From contig JAVCBU010000011.1 of the NCBI GenBank assembly GCA_037917685.1, positions 64,001 through 128,000 on the forward strand: a stretch of 64,000 nt of DNA, read 5' to 3'. A program made the position numbers and the translations under genes. The DNA is from Thermoproteota archaeon (GTDB taxonomy: Archaea > Korarchaeota > Korarchaeia > Korarchaeales > JAOZGB01). Numbering within the stretch: the stretch's first letter is position 1; each line of letters begins with the position of its first letter. Positions 49,658 to 61,641 of the stretch are shown piece by piece. Under the pieces are notes generated by a model. That model did no database searches. It worked only from the letters and a program-made list of their open reading frames with translations, and was not told the origin of the DNA.

Positions 49658-50059
49658 CTATAGTTCGATTAGTTTTACTTTCTTGCCGCCAATCTCCTTT
49701 ATCCTTGAGTCCGTCGTCACAACGGTAGCTTTAAGCTTCTCCCCTGCAGCTAGCAGGTAACAGTCTGCAAGCGACAGGAAAGCGTAATGTTTAAGTTTAA
49801 GCCTTGCTGCTTCAACTGTCAAGTCCTCGTCTACACCCACGATTCTGATTGGACTTCCTCTTATAAGCTTGTGCTTGACAATAGCAGAGTCCCACCCGAA
49901 AACCCTTGCATAGTTATACAGGAATTCAGCCATATTCATCTCTAACATATAAACTATTGAATGCTTCTGGTAGGCTGTGTTAACATACGGTTTGGCATCC
50001 TCACGCCCAGCAAAGTATACCGCTAGGACTCCAGCGTCAAGAATGTACCTCTCCTTCAA
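49658..50059 (-). CDS. vapC: PIN-domain VapC toxin
   Basis: ILDAG, E, LSLADC, TTD acidic residues; TTG start overlapping the antitoxin. Confidence 0.88.
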   Translation of the reverse strand: MKERYILDAGVLAVYFAGREDAKPYVNTAYQKHSIVYMLEMNMAEFLYNYARVFGWDSAIVKHKLIRGSPIRIVGVDEDLTVEAARLKLKHYAFLSLADCYLLAAGEKLKATVVTTDSRIKEIGGKKVKLIEL

Positions 50060-50285
50060 CTTCCATCCTCCTAGACTCTGAGATAAGCTTAGCAACCTTT
50101 AATGCCTTCTCACCATCAATGCCGTAAGCCTCTCTCAGAGATGAGGGGACGATTATGTATATCTTTTTGCCTTCAACAATCAGATCGAGATAGGAACCCT
50201 CAACTATACCAAGCCTTCTCCTGATCTCTGCAGGGATGACCACTAAACCCTTACTGTGGACCTTAACCTTATATCTAGCCTCCAC
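50037..50285 (-). CDS. AbrB/MazE/SpoVT family antitoxin
   Basis: KVHSKGLVVIPAEIRRRLGI.EG. Confidence 0.9.
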   Translation of the reverse strand: MEARYKVKVHSKGLVVIPAEIRRRLGIVEGSYLDLIVEGKKIYIIVPSSLREAYGIDGEKALKVAKLISESRRMEVEGEVHS

Positions 50286-50350
50286 ACTATTGATGTTAAA
50301 CCTTTATATATAAAAGATTAACGTTAAACAAAAATATTTTGATGGAAATG

Positions 50351-53057
<2,707 letters not shown>

Positions 53058-53059
53058 CA

Positions 53060-53089
53060 ATATCTAAATATTGGTTAGATATATATAAA
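53060..53089 (-). promoter_or_regulatory. hsp20 promoter: TATA box plus palindromic heat-shock repressor operator
   Basis: ATATCTAA-N7-TTAGATAT at 53060-53082 beside TTTATATA (minus strand 53082-53089); core is one mismatch from the Archaeoglobus HSR1 motif CTAAC-N5-GTTAG. Confidence 0.75.
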
Positions 53090-53611
53090 TTTATCCTGCC
53101 TCCTCAGAGCCTTAAGAATGGTCTGCCTTAACCATAGGAGGAAGGTAGTAGCTCCCTCCAACTCTACAAGAGCCCTGTCAATATCCTCCATAGCATCTGC
53201 GACAAGTCTAACAGCGTCTCCGAAAGGCAACCTCTCCAGCTGACCAACGAGCCGCTCTCCTTCTCTAACCAGTCTTAAGGTATCGTCAGATATTCTAGGC
53301 TTCCTCCCTGAGAGCTCGGTCCCAATCAACCTGAAAGCATGGTCACCAACACATATAGAGATGAGGAAAGAGTTTCTAAGCCTATAATACTTTCTAGGCT
53401 TACGACTCCCCACAGAGGATACCTCATAACTCTCGACAATACCATGCTCTTCAAGCTCCCTTAAATGTTTAAGTATTGCAGGCTGCGAAGCTACATCTCC
53501 AAGTTCCTTTGAAAGCTGGAAGAGATACCGAGGCTCCTCTGACAATAACTCTATTATCCTACGCCTAAGCCTATTTGACAGTATGAACAGAATGTTATCT
53601 ATAGTCTCCAT
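53075..53611 (-). CDS. ArsR-type wHTH heat-shock regulator (HSR1/Phr-like)
   Basis: LSN..RRRI..LL.EEP.Y..QLS, AILKHL..LE..G, PRKYY; first gene before hsp20-cdc48. Confidence 0.82.
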   Translation of the reverse strand: METIDNILFILSNRLRRRIIELLSEEPRYLFQLSKELGDVASQPAILKHLRELEEHGIVESYEVSSVGSRKPRKYYRLRNSFLISICVGDHAFRLIGTELSGRKPRISDDTLRLVREGERLVGQLERLPFGDAVRLVADAMEDIDRALVELEGATTFLLWLRQTILKALRRQDKFIYI

Positions 53612-53805
53612 CCCCTATACTTATAAAGCGACAATATCTAAATAAATATTACTATTGAATGATCGTGTATACAACAATACAAACCAATATGCAGATAAGA
53701 TGTTCAGCTCCGAGTCAAAAGGCAAACTTTCAGAGAGGATCTGAGAGGTTCGTAGCGCGCGCGATAACATAATCCTTTGTTAACAAAGCCCTAGTCCTAC
53801 CTGTA

Positions 53806-54525
53806 TCATTCCCGGCTTTCCACCATGTGTAGGGCTTTTAGCGCTACATAGACAGGGAGGGGGGTGAGCCTCTTGAAGTTTAGGATGAACCGGAGCGGTG
53901 ACGTAGGCCCCACTATATCCGTGACAACCTTTACAACCCCGTATCTAATTCTAAATCTCTCACACACCTGAGCGAAAGCTGCAGACTCCATGTCAACTCC
54001 AACTACGCGTCTAAGCACGTTCATTCTTATGTCCCTCAGCGCGGATCTTTTCGCTGTGAACTTGTCCATTGTAAGCAGCGTTCCCTTCACATAGTTGACT
54101 TCCAAGTTTTCTGCAGCCCGGATCAATGCGTCAAAAACGTCTTTTGAAGGTTTAAATCCCCTAAGAGATCTCGGCAGCTTATCATAGCTTGCAAAGTGTA
54201 TTGAGCCGAGATCTGTTTCAAGGCATTGGTCGTAAAATGCTATAATGTCGGGTACAAGCAACATCCCAACCCTTAGTTTGGGCGTAGCTGAGCCCAGGGT
54301 TCCTACAAGTAGGGCTTTTCCAACGTTCAACTTTAAGGCTAGGATCGCTGTGAGAATAGACATGTTAACTTTTCCTATACCTGAGAATGAAAGCAATAAC
54401 TCATTACCGTTGTAAGAGGCTGATATTATCTTAAAACCGTGGATTTTCCGCTCACTCTTTATCTTCACATGGTTGTAGGCCGGCTTTAATTCCCCTGGGA
54501 GAGCCGACACAATCGCGGTCTTCAC
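53806..54525 (-). CDS. MTA/SAH nucleosidase family protein (PNP_UDP_1)
   Basis: SGIGKVN, G..GS, T.DKF, VDMESAA.AQVC, TD. Confidence 0.85.
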   Translation of the reverse strand: MKTAIVSALPGELKPAYNHVKIKSERKIHGFKIISASYNGNELLLSFSGIGKVNMSILTAILALKLNVGKALLVGTLGSATPKLRVGMLLVPDIIAFYDQCLETDLGSIHFASYDKLPRSLRGFKPSKDVFDALIRAAENLEVNYVKGTLLTMDKFTAKRSALRDIRMNVLRRVVGVDMESAAFAQVCERFRIRYGVVKVVTDIVGPTSPLRFILNFKRLTPLPVYVALKALHMVESRE

Positions 54526-54740
54526 AGAAGATTAACCATATCGTAATATAATTAAGAATATGTAGCTATCTACTAAAGTCCATCAATAAACTTGTAAACA
54601 TATTTCGTAGTCATGTAGGTTCTCTAGGTCATATTGCCGCTATGGGAATACATCGTTGCCCTACGCTTCATAAGAGCTAAGGTAGCTTTAGCTTTTGAAT
54701 CGGGATATTGGTTGCAGTTTCATTTTGATGTTTGCGGATG

Positions 54741-57700
54741 TTATGTAGGTGCCCATGTGTCTTCCGGCTGGTTGGAGAGTAGGCTGTAGTTTCTGGCTTC
54801 TTCTAGGCTTTCAGATACTGCAAATAGGAGGGTGTAGGTCCTGCGGGTTTTAGGCTTTAGGTGAAGGTACGCTGTCGCCAGGAGATTTCCGCCATACTCC
54901 TGCGACTCGTCGCCCATTATTACTTTAGCTGCACCCTCACGTGAGACGAGTGTTATGTACGGCCAACCTGAGGTGTTGTAGGCTATTATATAGTTTCTTT
55001 CCGCCTGTGCCCATGCCATGTATCTGCCCTCCCTTCTCACTATTTCCCTCTCCCCCGGGAGTATGAACCTGTACTCTCCACCTGGCCTTTTCAACCTGAG
55101 GAAGAATCCTATGACTGGCGTGACATGCCTGTAAGCGTTAGTAGTGTTTTCCGCCGAGAACTTTATAAGGAGGAACCTTGCCATCTGCATGGTTAGATAT
55201 TCAACCCTGAGTTTTAAACCCCATATTCTATCATGCTCTTCTCTTTCAGGTGTGCACTCTGCAGCTATCCCAGCCCACTTTTCACCCTCTATCTTCTTTA
55301 CAGTCCACTTCTCCCTTTGTAGGCTCCATCTCCACCTAGTCTGCTCGGTTCCGAACATGCATATTCCTCCAAGCCAGTTTCCGAACCAGCTGTACGGCCT
55401 GGGCTTTGGAAATGAAGAGTTTAGCAGTTCATCTCCCCCGGCCTTGAGGGAGAATAGTGGTGCTCCAAGCTCTTTACCCACGAGGTACTCGAGATAGCCA
55501 TTTCCAACCCTAAAAACCCTCGCCTCCTTGTACTTCTCCTCTGATATCTCAACCTTGCTCCCTCCACCTACATGGATGAGTGGGATGGATTTCACCTGCA
55601 GGATTCCTTCAAGTTCGAGTTCAGCTGTGAGCCTGTAGGCTCCGGACCTGCAGTGAGGTTTTACCTCGAGGCTTCGGCGTAGAGGATTCTCAATATTTAG
55701 ATTTTCAACCTTTACCAACGTTGGCTCTATGCTCCAGCCCTCAGGTGGTTTTAGCCTCACTGTCCCGCTTTGCCTCCTTAGTCTGAGGTTTTCCAGTGTT
55801 AGGTTAATCTTACCCTGGCCCCCTATTATTAGGGGGCTTAGTTTGAGCCTTACTGGCTCGTCGTAGCTTGGCGGCGTGTCTTCGTACTCTGCTGGTTTGC
55901 CTTTGAACATTCTCCTCCAGATTCTGCTTATATTAACCCATGATCCGGGTCCCACATAGTAGTATAGGGGTTCAGTCCAGTACTCAGAATTAGGCTTAAC
56001 CCTGACAGGGTATACGAAGGCTGCTCTTCCGCCGCCTATGTCAACCTCCTCCGGGCTTCTCCACAGGACAGCTGAAACCAAGCCCTTCTCCTTATCTTCC
56101 ACCGCAATCCATCCCTCTCTATACTCACCCGGCTTCTTAGGTAGGTCTCCCTCCCAAAAGGGGAAGTCTCCCTCCGTAAATAACGTCCTTACCAGGCCCT
56201 TCTCCGATGGTATGGTGTAATATTTGCCAAAGCAGTTCAGCCAGCATCTGACTTTAACTTTAAACTCCGCCTCCCTCGTACTAGTGTTTTTAAAGCCGTA
56301 TCTCAGCCTCACGAGGTGGGATCCCCTCGGTATAAGTATTTCCTTAACCATTCTAATGCCTGCTTGCTTCTTAGAGTCCGACTCCAACCTTATTGTGAGT
56401 CCCTCCTTTGACTCCTGGACTTCAACCTTGAACTTTTTCCTTTCGAACTCCGATGGCCAGTATGGCGGTCCTAAGCCCTCAGCAATGCCTAGAACGCTAT
56501 ATGTAAGGGTTTTGCCGTCGAGTATCCTGACGTTTGAGCCTCTAATTGTCGGGACTTCGACTATTATGCTCTCATTCCCAGCTACGAGCTGGTTTCTAAT
56601 TCCCTCGTAGCCGTAAAGGACTGTTGAGTGACTGTGAACCCTGACGTTATAGGTTATGGGCTTACATCTTACTTTTAGACCTCTTGCTTCAACATGTGGG
56701 ATTAGCTTTAACATGTACAGCCCTGGGCCTTCCGGTTTAACCTTGACCCTGAAGCCTGAATGCTCTATAGGGGTCATAGAGATCTCAGCGCTGGTCCTGT
56801 CTAAGGCTATACCCGTCGGATGCGAAATATCTACTCTAACCCTGCAACTGTCTCTAATCTCGGACTTCAAGTCCACGTTTAGATACCCCTCACCACCCGA
56901 CCACAGCGTGAAGGGGTGGGGGCTTATAGAGACAGCAACAGGCTGTTTTATCCTGATTCCGATGCAGAGGGGAACCCTTAACCCTGAAATGTTCAGGGTA
57001 GACTTTACCCGCCATGCTTTCTCCTGTTCATCCCTATATTTCGCCTCCACCACAGGTTTAATTACGGCTTTAAAGGTGGCTTCCTCTCCAGGATTGACTG
57101 TAGCACTTTTAGGTGAGATAGGCCCTATCTCCGCATCTTCAGCCTCCACAGCCTCGATTGTAACCTTAAGCGGCTTATCATTCTTGTTCCTAATGATCCA
57201 AGTAACGTGTTGGGGGAAACCTGCAGGAGCATCCTGTTCTTCAATCATCATCCCAGCTTTAACCCTAGGAGTCTCCACTCCAGCTATGTCTCTGGCTTCC
57301 CTGTCCACAATTACAATGAGCTCCTCACTATCAGCCCTAAACCTATAGGGGAACGCTTTTATCCCTTCGTAGCGGTAGTCGTCGTCTTTAAGGTCTAACT
57401 TTCTAACCAGCCTTCCGTACCATGATGGATGGCTTAAGCCATGCACCCTTACAAACCTTCGGGTTAAGGGGTGGGTTAAGATGGCTGGAATGTAGTTCTG
57501 CATGTAAACGCTTGTTTTTGGAACCCAGTAGAAGCCTGTCTTTTTATATAGGGGGACGGCATTAATGTTTCCGCTCCAGGTGTGTAGGTCAACCCTCTTA
57601 TATCCAAGTTTAATGCTCTCTCCAATAGCCCGTAGGAGTAGGCTCCTACCTATCCCCCTCCCCCTATAGTCAGGGTGAACATTGAGAAATTCTATATAGG

Positions 57701-57935
57701 AGGCCTCATCATCTTCGTAGTGCTCAACAACGGTGCATATGCCAACAGCTCTATTATCTAAAAAAGCCACTAGTGGGGCGAAGGACCTTACTGATCTTAT
57801 CCAGTCTAAAACTCTGTCCTCTGTGTAGGGTACCCCGCCTGTGAGGCCGCCAGGCCATCCCTCCTCACTTTCATTAAGCATTCTTGCGACATTCGGAGCA
57901 TCCACAGGCTTAAATTTCCTAATTACAAGCGACAT
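54741..57935 (-). CDS. Large GNAT N-acetyltransferase with long beta-rich C-terminal region (1064 aa)
   Basis: LNVHPDYRGRGIG acetyl-CoA motif and N..AVPLYKKTGF in the first 150 aa. Confidence 0.82.
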   Translation of the reverse strand: MSLVIRKFKPVDAPNVARMLNESEEGWPGGLTGGVPYTEDRVLDWIRSVRSFAPLVAFLDNRAVGICTVVEHYEDDEASYIEFLNVHPDYRGRGIGRSLLLRAIGESIKLGYKRVDLHTWSGNINAVPLYKKTGFYWVPKTSVYMQNYIPAILTHPLTRRFVRVHGLSHPSWYGRLVRKLDLKDDDYRYEGIKAFPYRFRADSEELIVIVDREARDIAGVETPRVKAGMMIEEQDAPAGFPQHVTWIIRNKNDKPLKVTIEAVEAEDAEIGPISPKSATVNPGEEATFKAVIKPVVEAKYRDEQEKAWRVKSTLNISGLRVPLCIGIRIKQPVAVSISPHPFTLWSGGEGYLNVDLKSEIRDSCRVRVDISHPTGIALDRTSAEISMTPIEHSGFRVKVKPEGPGLYMLKLIPHVEARGLKVRCKPITYNVRVHSHSTVLYGYEGIRNQLVAGNESIIVEVPTIRGSNVRILDGKTLTYSVLGIAEGLGPPYWPSEFERKKFKVEVQESKEGLTIRLESDSKKQAGIRMVKEILIPRGSHLVRLRYGFKNTSTREAEFKVKVRCWLNCFGKYYTIPSEKGLVRTLFTEGDFPFWEGDLPKKPGEYREGWIAVEDKEKGLVSAVLWRSPEEVDIGGGRAAFVYPVRVKPNSEYWTEPLYYYVGPGSWVNISRIWRRMFKGKPAEYEDTPPSYDEPVRLKLSPLIIGGQGKINLTLENLRLRRQSGTVRLKPPEGWSIEPTLVKVENLNIENPLRRSLEVKPHCRSGAYRLTAELELEGILQVKSIPLIHVGGGSKVEISEEKYKEARVFRVGNGYLEYLVGKELGAPLFSLKAGGDELLNSSFPKPRPYSWFGNWLGGICMFGTEQTRWRWSLQREKWTVKKIEGEKWAGIAAECTPEREEHDRIWGLKLRVEYLTMQMARFLLIKFSAENTTNAYRHVTPVIGFFLRLKRPGGEYRFILPGEREIVRREGRYMAWAQAERNYIIAYNTSGWPYITLVSREGAAKVIMGDESQEYGGNLLATAYLHLKPKTRRTYTLLFAVSESLEEARNYSLLSNQPEDTWAPT

Positions 57936-58122
57936 ACAAATACTGAAAACCTAATAGAAATATTTAAGCCTACCATGAACACGGCCTTCCAGCAAAAGAC
58001 TTCAGAAACAGTCACCAGAAAATACGAGTTTTAAATTGTAATTGGTCAGAGTATAGCAGTATAACCAAGAAACTGAAATGTAGAGAGAACTTAATATTTC
58101 GGTATTTCGCCATAATACATGA

Positions 58123-58348
58123 ATGTCCCTAATAGAAGAGTTAACACGGGAGATGGAGTAAAATCCGGAGAAAGCCAGAAAACTCATAGAGAAAATTCTA
58201 AGCGCAGAGCCTGAGCTTTCGATAGCAGTACAGATAAGTACAGTACTCAGAGGGAGTCCTTTCAGCGCCTAGAAGCGTGGCTAGAGAGCTTAAGAAAACC
58301 GCTGCCGAATACAACATTGAGTTGGTGATTGGTGGACCATCTAGGTGA
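58123..58348 (+). pseudogene. Collapsed remnant of an archaeal coiled-coil/nuclease-type gene
   Basis: MSLIEELTREME*NPEKARKLIEKIL... with in-frame TAA, joined out of frame to a C-terminus-like ...VARELKKTAAEYNIELVIG. Confidence 0.4.
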
Positions 58349-58400
58349 TTTAAAACTCTTGAGCGGTTTAGCATTCTTATGCTTTGCCATACGGCTTGAT

Positions 58401-61400
58401 TTAGGGAATTTCTGTCTGCCGTGAAGTATTTTCTAACTTTTTAAGGATGAGATATGCCTTCATTAGGTTTTCCGCCTGTTGCTGGAGATACGATCTGAGC
58501 TTCTGTCTTAGATATTTAGTGTATGTTCTCCACTTCTCTACTCCCTTCTCTTCTAGGATAGTCTTCGACTTTTCGAACTCTATCTGGAGCGACTGGAGAT
58601 CTGTCTCCTGCCTCAGCCCCAACGCTTGTATTACCGCTTGGTATGTTGGTTTTTCTATTCCGAGTTTTTTGGATGCTAACTTCTTAACCTCGATGAGATC
58701 TATTGCCCTAAAGGTTAAGGAGAGGGTTTTGAGGCCAAGTTTTTCCAGCGATTCTTCTATGCTGTCCCCATCGTAGACCACCATTTTAAAGTCTTGGTTT
58801 ATTAGCCTGTGTAGGGCTAGGGAGGCATCCTCCCAGCCTTCTTGGAGGTAGTACTCCCGGGAGGCCTCGGAGTAAACATGTTTCTCTCCATCGTATATCT
58901 CTATAGCGCCTATCACATAGTTCTCCGATAGGGGTATTGATACTACGCCTAATACTGCCATCCTGAGCGCCCGGGAAATCCTTGGTATTAATATTTCCAT
59001 CCCCTTCACTTTTACCTTGATCCTCATGGTTTGGAGCATATAATCTATTATCCTAGAGGCATATGCAGCGGCAAGGTCCCATCTAAGCCCTCTTGATAGA
59101 AGCGTTGAATGTGCTTCCTCGTCCAATGCTTGGAGTATTATTTCGGATATGTCGTCGGGTTTGAAACTTTCGATGTTCCTCTTCAAAGAGATCCAGTCAA
59201 TCTTCTCCAATAGGCCTGCTGATTCCTCTTCGTGTATGCTTACAAGCTTTAGGTTTCCGACGCTTCCCACAGAGTAGGCAAACGTGTCCAGGGGGATTCC
59301 GTACTTGAATCTTAAAACAAGGATTATGTATGCCAGGCCTATTCTAAGCCATCCAAGGTCTTCTGAGGGGTCAACCTCTACAGTTAAGCCGTAAGTGTAG
59401 TCCCTGTATACGCCGCCGGTGGGTCCAACTACTGGTATCACCCTCTGCACCTTGAGGAAGTAGGTTTTACTATTGGAGACCACCAGCTTAAGCTTCTCCG
59501 AGACAATCCTCCAGTTCACCCTGTTAGGCCTTTTAGTCTTAAGTCCAAAACCTTCCCTTGGAGGGTCAACGATGCATATTCCCTCAGAGTGTAGCCTGCC
59601 CTGGTAATAGTCTCTGAAGAGGTTTGCCTGTTCCCCCCACCTATCCTTGATCCTGTAGTACTCCTCAAGGGCCTGTGCGAGGAAGTCTATCCTGTTGAGG
59701 GTATCATACCTTAGAGGTTGCTCCCACACTCCTGTCACAACCCTACCCTTCCTAATAAGATCTGTTACAATGGCGTCAGCAGTGTAGTCTATCATGCCTG
59801 GCTGAAACCTCTCCACAAGGTCGCAGTACCCTATGTCTTGGAGGTATCTTCCACCGTTCTCCGACTTAACCCTTTTAATACCGTAGGGCAGGGCGTACTC
59901 GTAGAAGTTCATCTTCATGAAGGCTCTCCTACCCTTAGCTGTTAAGCCTTCTCTCCCCGCAAGCCCAAGCTTTGAGAGGAGGCTGAACTCTTCCCTGGTT
60001 ACAAGCCCCTTAAGTTTCGGATGTGAAAGTTTGAAAAGCCCTTCAAAGAGGGTTGAATACTTGTTTTCCGGGTTTACAATGGTCTTCTCAAGGGGTAGGG
60101 AAACCCATTTTCGAAGGAGGTCCACCCCCCGTGTCAGCAGCTCCCTGTCCCACCTGGAGACAGGCACTATCACAGTCTCCGTATTTTCTATGTCTCTCCT
60201 TCTACCTTTACGCCCCTCCCTCTGCCTGTACTCCCTCACATCTTCCGGGAGGCCTAGGTGAACTATTCTCACAACTGTCCCTATGTCGATCCCCTGGCTT
60301 AGGGTTCTAGGTGATACGAGGACCTTCATCCCGCCTTCCCTAGCCGCCTTCTCAACGAGGGATCTTTTCTCCCTGTCTACCAGGTGGTGATGGGTGGCTG
60401 CAAGCTCCTCTGCCTCAGGCCTTAGGATCCTGAGCCTCCTGTAAACCTCCTCTGCAGACCTGATGCTCCTTGTGAACACGATCGTCACGCCCTCGTCTCT
60501 TATATAGTTAGCCACGATCTCGGCTGGGTCAACCATGAGTGAGGGGGCAGGTACACCTGACACCCTGGCAGCCTCCAACACCTTGTAGACGTTTTTCTTG
60601 AAGAGTTCAAAGTCGTCAAGGCAGGATCGAACGTCCCCGCCGAACCCTTTAAACATGTCTCTGTGGCTTCTCAACAGCTCCCAGACCCTTCTAAGATTCT
60701 TCCCTAGAACTACATAGCACCTATTGGCAACCCTGAAAGGCTTCCCCCTAACAATCCTTGTTTCAAGGCCTGTTATCTCTGTTAGAGCCTTCGACATCTC
60801 CCCAGGGTTTCCAAGGGTAGCTGTTAAAACAGACACCTGGAACTGCGAAGGGAGAAGCAGCCTCATCAGCCTTATCATAGAGATGAGCAGGGCCACCTCC
60901 CTCGGCCCGTAGAAGTCAAACTCGTCGATAACAAGTAGTTTAAGGCTTGAAGCGAAGCCGTAAAGGTAGGACCCACTTCTCCCCCACTTCTTCAAGTCAT
61001 TTATCAGGAATGCCGGGTTTGTAATCAGAAGGTCGGCTGTTGACAGGTAGCTTCTAAGCTGCTTGCTTCCAAGCCTGGACACGAGAAGGTCTCTTCTCCC
61101 GGCATCGAGAGCCTCACATTCCAGTCCTAAAGCCTCAGAGTATGCTTTAAGCCTCCTAACCTGGTCATTGGATAGGGCGAGCGTGGGGTAGACAACCATG
61201 GTCCTAGCCCTTTGGGAAGCGGAGTAGGAGAACCACGCCTCAGTCTTCCCGCTTCCGGTGCCAGATATAAGTATAAGATTTGAACCGCTCCTCAGGGCAT
61301 CGTAGGCCTCAAGCTGATGCCTATAAAGCTTCTGCCCAGCAATTCGCCCAAACTCTCCGACAGCCGACTCCAGGCCTGGAAGGATTTCGCCGAATGAAAC

Positions 61401-61493
61401 ATCGACAGTCTCAGGGTTTGAAGCATCCTCGCTGAAAGAGTAGTAGTCATAGCCAAGGGCTTCGAGAAGCTCCGATGAGGAAACCCTAACCAA
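58401..61493 (-). CDS. SF2 DEAD/DEAH-box helicase (Hrq1/MrfA/SftH-like) with C-terminal extension
   Basis: LYRHQ, GTGSGKT, YPTLAL..DQ, DEFD, TAT..NP, GIDIG, QREGRKGR. Confidence 0.85.
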   Translation of the reverse strand: MVRVSSSELLEALGYDYYSFSEDASNPETVDVSFGEILPGLESAVGEFGRIAGQKLYRHQLEAYDALRSGSNLILISGTGSGKTEAWFSYSASQRARTMVVYPTLALSNDQVRRLKAYSEALGLECEALDAGRRDLLVSRLGSKQLRSYLSTADLLITNPAFLINDLKKWGRSGSYLYGFASSLKLLVIDEFDFYGPREVALLISMIRLMRLLLPSQFQVSVLTATLGNPGEMSKALTEITGLETRIVRGKPFRVANRCYVVLGKNLRRVWELLRSHRDMFKGFGGDVRSCLDDFELFKKNVYKVLEAARVSGVPAPSLMVDPAEIVANYIRDEGVTIVFTRSIRSAEEVYRRLRILRPEAEELAATHHHLVDREKRSLVEKAAREGGMKVLVSPRTLSQGIDIGTVVRIVHLGLPEDVREYRQREGRKGRRRDIENTETVIVPVSRWDRELLTRGVDLLRKWVSLPLEKTIVNPENKYSTLFEGLFKLSHPKLKGLVTREEFSLLSKLGLAGREGLTAKGRRAFMKMNFYEYALPYGIKRVKSENGGRYLQDIGYCDLVERFQPGMIDYTADAIVTDLIRKGRVVTGVWEQPLRYDTLNRIDFLAQALEEYYRIKDRWGEQANLFRDYYQGRLHSEGICIVDPPREGFGLKTKRPNRVNWRIVSEKLKLVVSNSKTYFLKVQRVIPVVGPTGGVYRDYTYGLTVEVDPSEDLGWLRIGLAYIILVLRFKYGIPLDTFAYSVGSVGNLKLVSIHEEESAGLLEKIDWISLKRNIESFKPDDISEIILQALDEEAHSTLLSRGLRWDLAAAYASRIIDYMLQTMRIKVKVKGMEILIPRISRALRMAVLGVVSIPLSENYVIGAIEIYDGEKHVYSEASREYYLQEGWEDASLALHRLINQDFKMVVYDGDSIEESLEKLGLKTLSLTFRAIDLIEVKKLASKKLGIEKPTYQAVIQALGLRQETDLQSLQIEFEKSKTILEEKGVEKWRTYTKYLRQKLRSYLQQQAENLMKAYLILKKLENTSRQTEIP

Positions 61494-61641
61494 CGCTTCT
61501 CACTATAACAAGGTGCTAACTCATTAAAATAATAGAGAGCGTGAATCTTAGGGGACAGTCAGCTGGGACCGCAGCCTAGCAGCTCTAGCAACTTTAGCCC
61601 CATCCAAGGATTCGGCCCCACTTTCATGAGCCGGCTGGAAT

